Shown: positions 44,458 through 52,691 of the stretch, piece after piece
Layout of the letters: each line of letters opens with the position of its first letter
How positions within the stretch are numbered: the stretch's first letter is position 1
Origin: a virus
Length of the DNA stretch: 58,037 nucleotides
Virus record (IMG/VR): IMGVR_UViG_3300045988_081319
Direction: 5' to 3' (one strand)
The notes under the pieces: model-generated
Told to the model about the DNA's origin: nothing
The model's input: only the letters and a program-made list of their open reading frames with translations
The model's database searches: none
Translations under genes and position numbers: made by a program

Positions 44458-45558
44458 TTATTTCTCCTTTCCCTCGGACGGTACAGGCTTGTCCGAACCG
44501 CCTTCGATTTTTGCCGGCTGCTCCTGCGTGCCGAAGCTGGCAATCAGGCTCTTAACCTCTTCGTAGCGCGCAGCCGGGGTGTCGGCAAACTTCGCAATTC
44601 CGGCCTTCTTGAGCGCGTCGCTGATTTCGCCCTGCCGTCCGGTCGCCTTCGCCGCCTCCATGAGCGCAACAGCCTGTTCCTTGCTGACAGTGGCGTTCTT
44701 GTCGTTGCCCGCCAAGTGAGGGAAAACCTCTCCGATAGGCAGAACACCGTCGTCGATGGAGTTTTTCAGCTCCTTCAACCGCAGCATGTGGTCGGCAGAC
44801 CAGTCCTGCTTTTTCGCGTTCAGGTAATCTTCCAGATCAGCAAGGCTGATGCCCATGCGCTCGTAGATGCGGACAGTAGCGGAGATCAGCTTATCGCGCT
44901 GCTCCTTGTCGGCCATCTTCTCAGCAAGTCCAGAAGAAGCCGTTTTGCGGCAGGCGGCAACGGCAATTTGCGTAACATCGCCCGGAACCATCTGCAAGAT
45001 GCAGGCACGAATGCGGCGTGATGCCATGTTCGCTTCGAGTTCGTAGATGTCGCGGTCGTCCGTCAGCTTATAACCGCCGTTCTTGGTCGTGCGCCAGTGC
45101 TTCAACTCAAACTGCCGGGAGATGTACATGTTCGTCTCCAAATCCCAAGCGTAGGCGCGAATGACGGAATAGCCCACTCCGCGATTGTCCTGCCGGCGTT
45201 CAAGCACTTCATAACCGAAAGTGCAGTTGCCCCAATTCCGGGCAAGAACCTCTGCCAAGCGAATCGACGGGCCGGTGACGGTTTCCTTGCCGCGCGGGAA
45301 GGTGTAAACCGCCGCGTCAGCAAGCGTAGGACGCGCACACTCGCGCAGAATCTTCTCAGCGGCCATCTGCTCATCGCGGGGGAACTGCCGCGCCATAAGC
45401 ACTTGGGCTTTGACTTCGGCAACAACGCGGGCTTCGGCGTTCGCCGCCAGCGCATTTCCGGAATCATGGCGCTGGGCATCCTGCATGGACACTCCCTGCG
45501 CTGGGACTACGGCATAGGGATTGGCGATAATGACGTCGCCCTCAAACGGTTCGTTCAT
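44458..45558 (-). CDS. Putative single-strand annealing recombinase (RecT/Redbeta-like)
   Basis: 366 aa. Context with a PD-(D/E)XK exonuclease two genes upstream. The family call is from context, not motif-certain. Confidence 0.5.
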   Translation of the reverse strand: MNEPFEGDVIIANPYAVVPAQGVSMQDAQRHDSGNALAANAEARVVAEVKAQVLMARQFPRDEQMAAEKILRECARPTLADAAVYTFPRGKETVTGPSIRLAEVLARNWGNCTFGYEVLERRQDNRGVGYSVIRAYAWDLETNMYISRQFELKHWRTTKNGGYKLTDDRDIYELEANMASRRIRACILQMVPGDVTQIAVAACRKTASSGLAEKMADKEQRDKLISATVRIYERMGISLADLEDYLNAKKQDWSADHMLRLKELKNSIDDGVLPIGEVFPHLAGNDKNATVSKEQAVALMEAAKATGRQGEISDALKKAGIAKFADTPAARYEEVKSLIASFGTQEQPAKIEGGSDKPVPSEGKEK

Positions 45559-45572
45559 GGATTACTCCTTCC

Positions 45573-46259
45573 TCAGCTTCTTGCGCTGATGTTCATTTCC
45601 TCGAAGAACTCCACGCCCGGAATCTTCGCGGTGCCTTTCGTCATGCGGGCAATGCTATTGAGCGCCGCGAGATTGATCTTGCGGATTTCAAGCCCGTTCG
45701 CATAGGCCGGAACTGCCGTCTCGTCTACGACACGGGCCTTCCAGCTCTTGCTGACGCTGGTTCCGACAGCCTTCGCCGTTTCGATGATCTCCGGCGGCTG
45801 CATTTCCTCGACCATCTCGGCCATTGCCATTCCAACGGCTGCGCCGTGGTCGTCGCCGTTCTCCTGCGACTGAATCGCCTGAGCAAGCAGACGGTCAGCT
45901 TCCTCCTGCTGGCGGCGGCGAGCTTCTTCCTCGGCTTCGCGCCGTGCCCGCTCAAGCGCGGCCTGATACTTGACCATGCTGGCTTTGATGATCTTTTCAG
46001 CCTCGGTCAAGGGGACAAGCATCTCTTTTTCGCGGTCAACAACAGACTGATGCGCCGCCTTCGCCGCCGCCTTGGTAGGCGCCCAATAGTCCTTGATCTG
46101 CTTCGCACGGGTCTTGATCTCAACCAAGAACCTTCCTGCCTGCTCGTAGTCCTGCTTGTTCTCGATGACCATGCTGCGAGCTTCCACAATAGCCATCTGA
46201 CCGGATTTCTCAAGCTGGTTTTCCAGCGAGGGGTTGATCGGCTTCGCTTCGTTGACCAT
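45573..46259 (-). CDS. DUF1351/Gp157-like coiled-coil protein
   Basis: Helical, Ala/Glu/Arg-rich protein between the exonuclease and the annealing protein. Confidence 0.45.
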   Translation of the reverse strand: MVNEAKPINPSLENQLEKSGQMAIVEARSMVIENKQDYEQAGRFLVEIKTRAKQIKDYWAPTKAAAKAAHQSVVDREKEMLVPLTEAEKIIKASMVKYQAALERARREAEEEARRRQQEEADRLLAQAIQSQENGDDHGAAVGMAMAEMVEEMQPPEIIETAKAVGTSVSKSWKARVVDETAVPAYANGLEIRKINLAALNSIARMTKGTAKIPGVEFFEEMNISARS

Positions 46260-46294
46260 AGTCTGTTCCTCCATTCGGGATTGCCTCCTTCTGT

Positions 46295-46906
46295 TCACGG
46301 CTTCCTTTCGGCAGCCATTGCGTTGTAGATTGCCAAACAGTGCAGGAAGGTCTTGTAGCCATCCTCCACCTGCTCGAACCGGTATTTTTGCGTCTTGAGA
46401 AGCTGCAAGCCGTATCGATGCCTGACCTTGACGCCGTGGCTTTTGAGTGCTTCACAATAGCCGGAGAGCTGTGTTGCCAGCATAACCGGATGATAGACGC
46501 TCGTGCATTTGAGGTCGATCACGTCAACGCCGCTCCCGTCGTCCGGCTCAATATAGCCGATCAAGTCGATGGTTCCAGCGTACCGAAGAATCTTGTGATA
46601 CGTTCGATACTCGCTCTCAACCCATGCGGGCTTGTATGCACGTTCAAACTTCTTGAACGCCTCGAAGTACGGCTCGGTATCCTCGTCCGGTTCTTCGACG
46701 CCATACTTGACGTAATTGCTGATCTGTTCATGCGCCCGCGAACCGCGGTCAGCCGCTTCGTTCAGCACATCAAGCGGAATGCCGTTGTAGAGCATCAGGC
46801 TCAGCGGCTCCATGATCTGGGTAACGGACGGAACGCGGAAACCGCGCAGCGTGTAGGAGTGCTGTTCCTGCTCGAAATCAATCGCCACATCAGGGAGCTG
46901 AATCAT
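46295..46906 (-). CDS. PD-(D/E)XK exonuclease (YqaJ/Cas4-like fold)
   Basis: GTIDLIGY...VDVIDLKC motif (D...D/E-x-K). 203 aa. Confidence 0.65.
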   Translation of the reverse strand: MIQLPDVAIDFEQEQHSYTLRGFRVPSVTQIMEPLSLMLYNGIPLDVLNEAADRGSRAHEQISNYVKYGVEEPDEDTEPYFEAFKKFERAYKPAWVESEYRTYHKILRYAGTIDLIGYIEPDDGSGVDVIDLKCTSVYHPVMLATQLSGYCEALKSHGVKVRHRYGLQLLKTQKYRFEQVEDGYKTFLHCLAIYNAMAAERKP

Positions 46907-47160
46907 AGAACACTCCTTTCATACTCACGATTCATGGCCGCAAGCTCCTGTGCATCGGCTTTGTCGAGAATCGCATCGTATTCGGCTTTTTCTTCTTCCG
47001 CTGCGCTGATGATCTCTTCGATCATGGAGATGTGCTCAACCGTCCGGCTTCCCGAACCCTCAAGCTCTTCCTTCGCACTGTGCAGGTGGTACAGCACTTC
47101 TTCGAGCGCCGAAGTGACGCTTTCGGCCCTATCAACCTGATCTGCCGTTACAACTGTCAT
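46903..47160 (-). CDS. Hypothetical acidic helical protein
   Basis: 85-aa ORF with ends overlapping its neighbours. Confidence 0.5.
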   Translation of the reverse strand: MTVVTADQVDRAESVTSALEEVLYHLHSAKEELEGSGSRTVEHISMIEEIISAAEEEKAEYDAILDKADAQELAAMNREYERSVL

Positions 47161-47408
47161 CCTGCCGCCTCCTTTTTCGCTTCCTGCAGGAACTCCTGAA
47201 TATCCCGCTTGCGCTCCCTCAAATCGGCCCCATCCTGTTCGGACAGGAAACGGCTGAAGATATTCAGATCAACCATCTTCTTTCGCCCGTTCCGGACGGT
47301 CTGGCCGCGCTGGTCGAACATGTTCAGCGTGTACTGAGCCTGACGGATGCTGATGCCCATCACAGCGGAAATATCAGCGCTTGTCAGGAAAATTTTTGCT
47401 GCCGGCAT
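47157..47408 (-). CDS. HTH DNA-binding protein (MerR/excisionase-like)
   Basis: LTSADISAVMGISIRQAQYTL HTH-like segment. Confidence 0.5.
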   Translation of the reverse strand: MPAAKIFLTSADISAVMGISIRQAQYTLNMFDQRGQTVRNGRKKMVDLNIFSRFLSEQDGADLRERKRDIQEFLQEAKKEAAG

Positions 47409-47412
47409 TTAA

Positions 47413-47862
47413 TCACCGCCTCTCTCTTTGGGATTTCAGCACATTCATGAAGCGCTGAATCGCCGCTTGAGCTTCCTCGGCTTCCCGCAGAATATCCACC
47501 CTGAGCTTCGGGTCATCAATCTTGCCGTCCGCCGCGTCTCGCAAGGTTTCTCGGCGAAGGTCAACCAGATCGGCAAGCTCGGCGAACATGGTCATCGTCG
47601 CTCCGGGAAGGTCGTTTGCTCGTCCCTCCGGATGGAGCCGCGCATAGCTGCTGTACTTCGTCCGCATCCAGTCATACCAGATATTCAAATCGCCAAGAGC
47701 CTCCGCAATCTGGTAAAGGCTGTCGGGGTCGGGGTCGCACTTTCCGCTTTCCCAGTTGTAGACCGTGGTCGGATCTCGCCCGATCATCTCGGCAAGCGTA
47801 GCGGCGGTCATTTTCAGTAACTCACGCCGTTTTTTGATGTCGCTATTCGTAAACACCGCCAT
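47413..47862 (-). CDS. XRE-family HTH regulator
   Basis: RRELLKMTAATLAEMIGRDPTTVYNWESGK. Confidence 0.7.
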   Translation of the reverse strand: MAVFTNSDIKKRRELLKMTAATLAEMIGRDPTTVYNWESGKCDPDPDSLYQIAEALGDLNIWYDWMRTKYSSYARLHPEGRANDLPGATMTMFAELADLVDLRRETLRDAADGKIDDPKLRVDILREAEEAQAAIQRFMNVLKSQRERR

Positions 47863-47903
47863 TTTCTTTGCCCTCCCATGCGGTTACAATAACCTCAGAT
47901 GGT

Positions 47904-48392
47904 TTAATCACACCGCAGCGAATGGAGGTCTACGATGCTACTGCCGGATTCGGACAACCCCATCATGATGCAGCGCTGCAAGAGCGCTCGTTGCGCCTCG
48001 CGGAACCATTCGGCGCTTGACCTGTATCCGAGCTTGGCAACCGCCTTCTCAATGGCCTCTTTCTCTTCCGGCTTGACCCACACTCGAAATTCAGTCATGC
48101 CTTCGTGTCCGGGGCCGCGACCGCCGCCTGTCTTTGCGGAAGTGCTGCATTTGGTCGGGAACTGCTCGCTGAGTGAAAGATCAAGGTCGTCAAGCAAATA
48201 CAGATCAGACGGCGAACAGATGAACAAATCGCATAGAGCTTTCATGCCGTCTACCGTTGGGAGGGTTCGTCCTGCCTCCATGAAACTGACCATTACGCGG
48301 TTTGTTCCTTCCGGCAGGCTGCTTGCCACGTCTTCCTGAGACAATCCGGCGCGAACTCTCATGCTGCGGATGTTGTTTTCCGTCATCCACAC
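47904..48392 (-). CDS. XRE-family HTH regulator with RHH/MobC-like C-terminal region
   Basis: RVRAGLSQEDVA...FMEAGR, then RVWVKPEEKEAIEKAVAKLGY. The start could be 48386. Confidence 0.6.
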   Translation of the reverse strand: MWMTENNIRSMRVRAGLSQEDVASSLPEGTNRVMVSFMEAGRTLPTVDGMKALCDLFICSPSDLYLLDDLDLSLSEQFPTKCSTSAKTGGGRGPGHEGMTEFRVWVKPEEKEAIEKAVAKLGYRSSAEWFREAQRALLQRCIMMGLSESGSSIVDLHSLRCD

Positions 48393-48601
48393 ACACTCCC
48401 GTCTTCCTCGAAGTAGTTCGGCTTAAGACCAAACATGGCAATCAGCTTTTGGGCTTCTTGCGGAGTTGGACTTTTATATCCGTTTTCGATCAGCGAATAC
48501 TTGGCCTGAGAGATTCCCAGCAATTTCGCCACATCGAATTGATTCAGCAATTTCACTCTCCGCGCAAGCACCAGCTCGCTGCGTTTCGTGGTAACGCTCA
48601 C
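48383..48601 (-). CDS. Cro-like XRE-family HTH regulator
   Basis: 72 aa with ARRVKLLNQFDVAKLLGISQAKYSLIENG. Confidence 0.7.
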   Translation of the reverse strand: MSVTTKRSELVLARRVKLLNQFDVAKLLGISQAKYSLIENGYKSPTPQEAQKLIAMFGLKPNYFEEDGSVCG

Positions 48602-48621
48602 TCGTCGTTCACCTCCAATCC

Positions 48622-48650
48622 TTGACTTTGCCTCGCTCGCGTGCTAAAAT
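48622..48650 (+). promoter_or_regulatory. Plus-strand promoter inside the early leftward operon (extended -10)
   Basis: TTGACT (48622-27), 17-nt spacer ending TGC, TAAAAT (48645-50). It points toward the HTH gene at 49093 and is antisense to 48691-48984. Confidence 0.5.
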
Positions 48651-48690
48651 GAATGTGGGTAGTAATATCATCATTACGCGCGCGTGTTTG

Positions 48691-48984
48691 CTATACGTTT
48701 TTCAATGCCGCCGCTTTGGCCTCAATCTCCCGTTGAGCCATCTGCGCATTTGCGTATAGCAGGGAAATCTCTGTGTCGCTTTTCAGCTCCTCCGGACTGA
48801 AACTGCGATACAGCTTGGTGATGCCATCAAAGTATGCCGCAGCTACATCTGCGACGAGCGGATACGCACCCGCTCCATACTCGCCGGTATCAAGTTCTTC
48901 CTTGATGCATACGAAGCAGTTGACTGCTCCGAAGTACCTGAGCCTCTTCCTGCCAAAATTCTCGTAGGGGGGGGTAGTCGTCAT
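48691..48984 (-). CDS. Hypothetical protein (first gene of early leftward operon)
   Basis: 97-aa ORF behind AAGGAGCGTGAAGCCCGATG, downstream of the promoter at 49020-49048. Confidence 0.6.
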   Translation of the reverse strand: MTTTPPYENFGRKRLRYFGAVNCFVCIKEELDTGEYGAGAYPLVADVAAAYFDGITKLYRSFSPEELKSDTEISLLYANAQMAQREIEAKAAALKNV

Positions 48985-49019
48985 CGGGCTTCACGCTCCT
49001 TCAAGAGGATGATGATAAT

Positions 49020-49048
49020 ATTATATCCCAAGTTCTTTTTAAAGTCAA
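49020..49048 (-). promoter_or_regulatory. Early leftward promoter
   Basis: Minus strand TTGACT (49048..43), 17-nt spacer, TATAAT (49025..20). Confidence 0.65.
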
Positions 49049-49092
49049 CGAGTTTTCAAAAGAATTTTATATTTTTTCAGAGAGGTGTCATC

Positions 49093-49329
49093 ATGCCTGA
49101 GTACAACTCCGCCTTTACAGCCGATCGTATCAAACAACTGCTGAAAGAACGCAAAATGTCTGTCAGCAAAATGTTGACCGATTGCGACATAAACAAGAAC
49201 GCGCTGTACACCATGCAAGCATCAGGGTACCTCCCCCGCGCGGAAGCCCTCGCCCGCATCGCGGACTATCTGGACTGTTCGGTCGACTACCTGCTCGGCA
49301 GAACGGACAATCCAGATGTGAATAAGTGA
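49093..49329 (+). CDS. XRE-family HTH repressor-like protein (78 aa)
   Basis: IKQLLKERKMSVSKMLTDCDINKNALYTMQ...DYLDCSVDYLLGRTD. Confidence 0.7.
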   Translation: MPEYNSAFTADRIKQLLKERKMSVSKMLTDCDINKNALYTMQASGYLPRAEALARIADYLDCSVDYLLGRTDNPDVNK

Positions 49330-49362
49330 CCGTATCGCGCTCCTTTCTTGTGGTATGATGAT

Positions 49363-49391
49363 ATTATAATTCACATTTGGGGATTTGTCAA
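49363..49391 (-). promoter_or_regulatory. Second leftward consensus promoter, flanked by ATTCACATTTG operator-like repeats
   Basis: Minus strand TTGACA (49391..86), 17-nt spacer, TATAAT (49368..63). Repeats at 49369-79 and 49400-10. TCACA-TT-TGTGA palindrome at 49402-13. Confidence 0.6.
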
Positions 49392-49434
49392 TGGGTTTCA
49401 TTCACATTTGTGATATTTTTTCGGAGGGGTATTT

Positions 49435-49794
49435 ATGTCTATCTGCGAACGAATGTTTGACCTTCTTTCCTCCATAGAGGGAAAGAACGCCGCCAGCCTT
49501 TGCAAGACCGTTGGGATAAACACCAGCGTAGCCACTAACTGGAAGCAGCGCAACACAGACCCGCCCGCGAAATACATAGTCCCCATTTGTGAATATCTTG
49601 GTGTTTCCGTGATGTATCTTCTCACGGGAGAGGACGCCCAGCCCGAAAGCTCTCTCTCCGAAGATGAACAGCGCCTGATAGAAAAATACCGCGAGCTTGA
49701 CGCAGACGGCAAGGACGTCGTACGGGGAACAGCGATTACTGAACACCGCCGCATCGCTTCGAAAAAGAGCGCGGGCGCCGAAAAGATTGGATAA
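49435..49794 (+). CDS. CI-type HTH repressor-like protein
   Basis: [47 protein letters not shown], similar to the phage CI repressor HTH family. Confidence 0.7.
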   Translation: MSICERMFDLLSSIEGKNAASLCKTVGINTSVATNWKQRNTDPPAKYIVPICEYLGVSVMYLLTGEDAQPESSLSEDEQRLIEKYRELDADGKDVVRGTAITEHRRIASKKSAGAEKIG

Positions 49795-49839
49795 CGTCGT
49801 CTATCTTGACGAGCACCCGAAATGGAGGAACAAACACAC

Positions 49840-50205
49840 ATGACCGTATCTGAGCGAATGTTCGCCTTTATCGACGCGCGGAAAGATAAGTCCGCGGCTG
49901 GTCTTGCAAAATTGTTGGGTGTAAGCACCGGACAAACCACAAGTTGGCGTCAACGGAACTGCGATCCGCCTGTAAAATACCTCCCGCAGATTTGCGAATA
50001 CCTGGGCGTGTCAATCGCTTTTCTCGTCACCGGCGAAGAGGCCAAGGTCGATCTGGCAAAAGTTCTCGCCGAAGATGAAGCTGTTCTGCTCGAACGGTAT
50101 AGGTCCCTTGACGCCGACGGCAGGGAAATTGTCAGAGCAACAGCTCTCCAAGAACAGCGCCGTGCGGCGGCGGAAAAGGGATTGGCTGAAACGCACGTTG
50201 GCTAA
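49840..50205 (+). CDS. CI-type HTH repressor-like protein (tandem paralog)
   Basis: MTVSERMFAFI..AAGLAKLLGVSTGQTTSWRQRNCDPPVKY..CEYLGVS. Same architecture as 49435-49794. Confidence 0.7.
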   Translation: MTVSERMFAFIDARKDKSAAGLAKLLGVSTGQTTSWRQRNCDPPVKYLPQICEYLGVSIAFLVTGEEAKVDLAKVLAEDEAVLLERYRSLDADGREIVRATALQEQRRAAAEKGLAETHVG

Positions 50206-50250
50206 TGTCGTGTGTCTCTCAGATTACAAGAATCGAAAGAAGGGGCCACC

Positions 50251-50463
50251 ATGAAAACCACCAGCAGCAACTATGTCAAAGACCGGAGCTGGACGGAAGA
50301 CTGCGAAGAACTCGCTCGAATTTTCGACCGGCTCGACGTCTCCGGAAAAGTCGAGGTTCTGAACGCAGCTTATCGTGAAAAGCTACGTTGTCTGAATCAA
50401 TGCGTCAACGACAATGACGCCATCGGCTGGCAAGGAGCGATCAAAGATCGTTCCTTGCAATAA
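50251..50463 (+). CDS. Hypothetical small protein
   Basis: 70 aa after trimming to MKTTSSNY. Last gene of the plus-strand regulator cluster. Confidence 0.5.
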   Translation: MKTTSSNYVKDRSWTEDCEELARIFDRLDVSGKVEVLNAAYREKLRCLNQCVNDNDAIGWQGAIKDRSLQ

Positions 50464-50641
50464 ATAGATTCGGATTACGAATAGGATTCCGAATACGATT
50501 GGATTGGATTACGGGGACTATTGCAAGCACCTGATAGCAAATGATTTCAGATGATTTCAGCAGTAAAAAGTGCATAGTTTCCGCTATGTGGAATTGTGCA
50601 GTATTGAATTTCTGCAAGCAGATGATTTCAGATGATAGCAA
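50464..50641. repeat. AT-rich non-coding repeat cluster (candidate attP arm or regulatory region)
   Basis: GGATT x5 (GGATTACG x2) at 50468-50512. ATGATTTCAG at 50541, 50551 and 50622. TGCAAGCA x2 and GATAGCAA x2. Confidence 0.6.
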
Positions 50642-51265
50642 GTGACCGCAAAATCGGCAATTAGAAGGATGCTCGCAGTGAATAACATTGACCGTTTTTC
50701 GGGGCAAGAGAGGTTCACACTCAATGGTATTGATACATCCGCGCAAGTTCTCGACTTCTGGTGCTGGATGGGGTCAGACCTCAACGACAACCTGATACGC
50801 GCAGCACTCGGTGAGTTTATCGTCGCTACTGCGCTCGGCGATTCCGTCGTGGATGAGCGCCGCAGCGGCTGGCGAGTGTTCGATATTCTCACGCAGTACG
50901 GATGCAAGATCGAGGTCAAAACATCAGCCTACCGTCAGGTTTGGAAGCAGCGCAAGCCGTCTTCTCTCGTCTTCGATGTCGCTCAGAAAATAGACTGGGA
51001 GAATGGCAGCAATGCTCCGAAGCGCCATGCAGACGTGTATGTCTTCTGTGTGTTCAATAACGAGCAAGACGTGGCAAGCCCCCTTGATCTGGAAGCATGG
51101 GATTTCTATGTCGCCGCGACCGCAGACATGGACGTCATCCTCGGAGAGCAGAAAACCGCGACGCTTGCGGCCCTGAAGAAACGATTACCGTTGAGAGCGA
51201 CCGGCTACACCGGCTTGGCGATGGCTATATTCGACACTTATCGCAGCATTGGAGGGATGGAATGA
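50642..51265 (+). CDS. PD-(D/E)XK nuclease-fold protein (putative), moron position
   Basis: RVFDILTQYGCKIEVKTSAY (D...E-x-K) and ADVYVFCVF. GTG start, or ATG at 50669. Confidence 0.45.
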   Translation: MTAKSAIRRMLAVNNIDRFSGQERFTLNGIDTSAQVLDFWCWMGSDLNDNLIRAALGEFIVATALGDSVVDERRSGWRVFDILTQYGCKIEVKTSAYRQVWKQRKPSSLVFDVAQKIDWENGSNAPKRHADVYVFCVFNNEQDVASPLDLEAWDFYVAATADMDVILGEQKTATLAALKKRLPLRATGYTGLAMAIFDTYRSIGGME

Positions 51266-51456
51266 TGCAAATCATTACGCTGAAGCAGTATCTTCAAAAC
51301 CCCGAAACGGTCATCAAGAGTGCTGCCGCAGGGGACTATACTGCTGTAAAAGTAGGCAACGGACAATGCGCCGTGATTATCGACGACACAGAATGGACGA
51401 TGCTTCGGCAGGCTCTCGCCCTCTGTATGGAGCACCCCGAATGGACGGCGAAGTAA
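51262..51456 (+). CDS. Small Phd/YefM-like protein (64 aa)
   Basis: MMQIITLKQYLQNPETVIKSAAAGDYTAVKVGNGQCAVIIDDTEWTML. The ATG overlaps the upstream TGA (ATGA). The 3' end overlaps the integrase start. Confidence 0.45.
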   Translation: MMQIITLKQYLQNPETVIKSAAAGDYTAVKVGNGQCAVIIDDTEWTMLRQALALCMEHPEWTAK

Positions 51457-52652
51457 AAAAGCGCAAAAGGAAGGGCGAGCGAAAAGACAAACGCATCCAG
51501 ATTACTTACACGGATGGCGTTCGTCCGGACGGTCATCCGAACCGCATCTCTTTCTACGGGCGCACTCGAACGGAAGCGCTGGAAAAGCGCGAACGGTATA
51601 AGCGTGAAAAAGAGCAGGGCTTGGCTCATGGTGAAAGAGCCACCACCGTGAACGATTGGATAGCTCGCTGGCAAGAGGCGTACTCCGTCAACGTGAGCGA
51701 TTACGCGCCATATATCAACCGTCTCAAAAAGGACTTGGGCAAGAAGCCTATCCGAAGCGTTTCTGAAGCCGATCTCGTTCAGTCTCTATCTGCCTATGCT
51801 GGAATGTCATCTTCGTCCGCGCTGAAATACAGGATGATTCTCAAGCAGATTTTCCACAAGGCCAAGAAGAACCGGCTTATACCAGAAGACCCTGCGGAGG
51901 ATTTGCCGCTTCCGGACGACGTTACTACCGGCACTCATCGAGCGCTTGCTCCTTGGGAAAGCGAGTGCATACTGAACAATTGGTCTGTGTACCATGCCGG
52001 ACGTTGGGCAATGCTCATGCTGCTCTGTGGTCTACGACGCGGGGAAATGGTCGCTCTGGACTGGGATGCCATAGACCTTGAGAGCAGGAAGCTGACCGTC
52101 AAGGCATCCGCGTCCATGCGTGGAAGCGTTACGACGGTCAAAGACAGGACGAAGACGAAGGCAGGTGCGCGCATTCTGCCGATCTGCGAGCCGCTGTATC
52201 AAATGCTGGTGCAGGTTCCTCCGGAAGAGCGAACCGGCCCTGTGTGTCGGAGCGCAAAAGGCGAGCGGATAACGCAGTCTTCCGTTGACCGGTGCTGGAA
52301 GACGTACTGTAACATGATGACACGCATCTTGAACGGCGAAGAACCAGATCAAAGAGGACGACGGCGAGACTGCGTTGGGGACAAGTACCGCAGTTCATCT
52401 GATGACGATGGCGGTGAACGCATTGTTTTCTCTTGTTTGCCGCACGACCTTCGTCACACCTATGCAACCGCCTTGTATGACGCAGGTGTTGACATCAAAA
52501 GCGCTCAATACTATCTTGGGCACGATGACGTCAACATGACCATCAACCTCTACACGCACTTGTCCAAGATAAAAGAAAACGAGGCCCGCAGCAGCCTCGT
52601 GAATTATCTGGATAAATGGCTCGATAAGCACCTTTTGCCTGTTAAAAATTGA
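51441..52652 (+). CDS. int: Tyrosine integrase
   Basis: C-terminal catalytic region LRRGEMVAL..HDLRHTYATALYDAGVDIKSAQYYLGHDDVNMTINLYTH. Confidence 0.9.
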   Translation: MDGEVKKRKRKGERKDKRIQITYTDGVRPDGHPNRISFYGRTRTEALEKRERYKREKEQGLAHGERATTVNDWIARWQEAYSVNVSDYAPYINRLKKDLGKKPIRSVSEADLVQSLSAYAGMSSSSALKYRMILKQIFHKAKKNRLIPEDPAEDLPLPDDVTTGTHRALAPWESECILNNWSVYHAGRWAMLMLLCGLRRGEMVALDWDAIDLESRKLTVKASASMRGSVTTVKDRTKTKAGARILPICEPLYQMLVQVPPEERTGPVCRSAKGERITQSSVDRCWKTYCNMMTRILNGEEPDQRGRRRDCVGDKYRSSSDDDGGERIVFSCLPHDLRHTYATALYDAGVDIKSAQYYLGHDDVNMTINLYTHLSKIKENEARSSLVNYLDKWLDKHLLPVKN

Positions 52653-52657
52653 TGTGC

Positions 52658-52683
52658 GTGGTCAAAACGTGGTCAGGTGGTCA
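52658..52683. repeat. Three direct GTGGTCA repeats between the convergent int and accessory operon (candidate attP core or Int-binding sites)
   Basis: GTGGTCA at 52658-64, 52669-75 and 52677-83, within a 39-nt intergenic gap. Confidence 0.5.
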
Positions 52684-52691
52684 TAGTGGCT

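Noticed and set aside
49398-49940. Minus-strand ORFs (49398-49940 and 49402-49746) antisense to the CI-type repressor genes.
   Set aside because: They have no RBS and an implausible composition. The plus-strand genes have clear HTH motifs, RBSs and a paralogous relationship.
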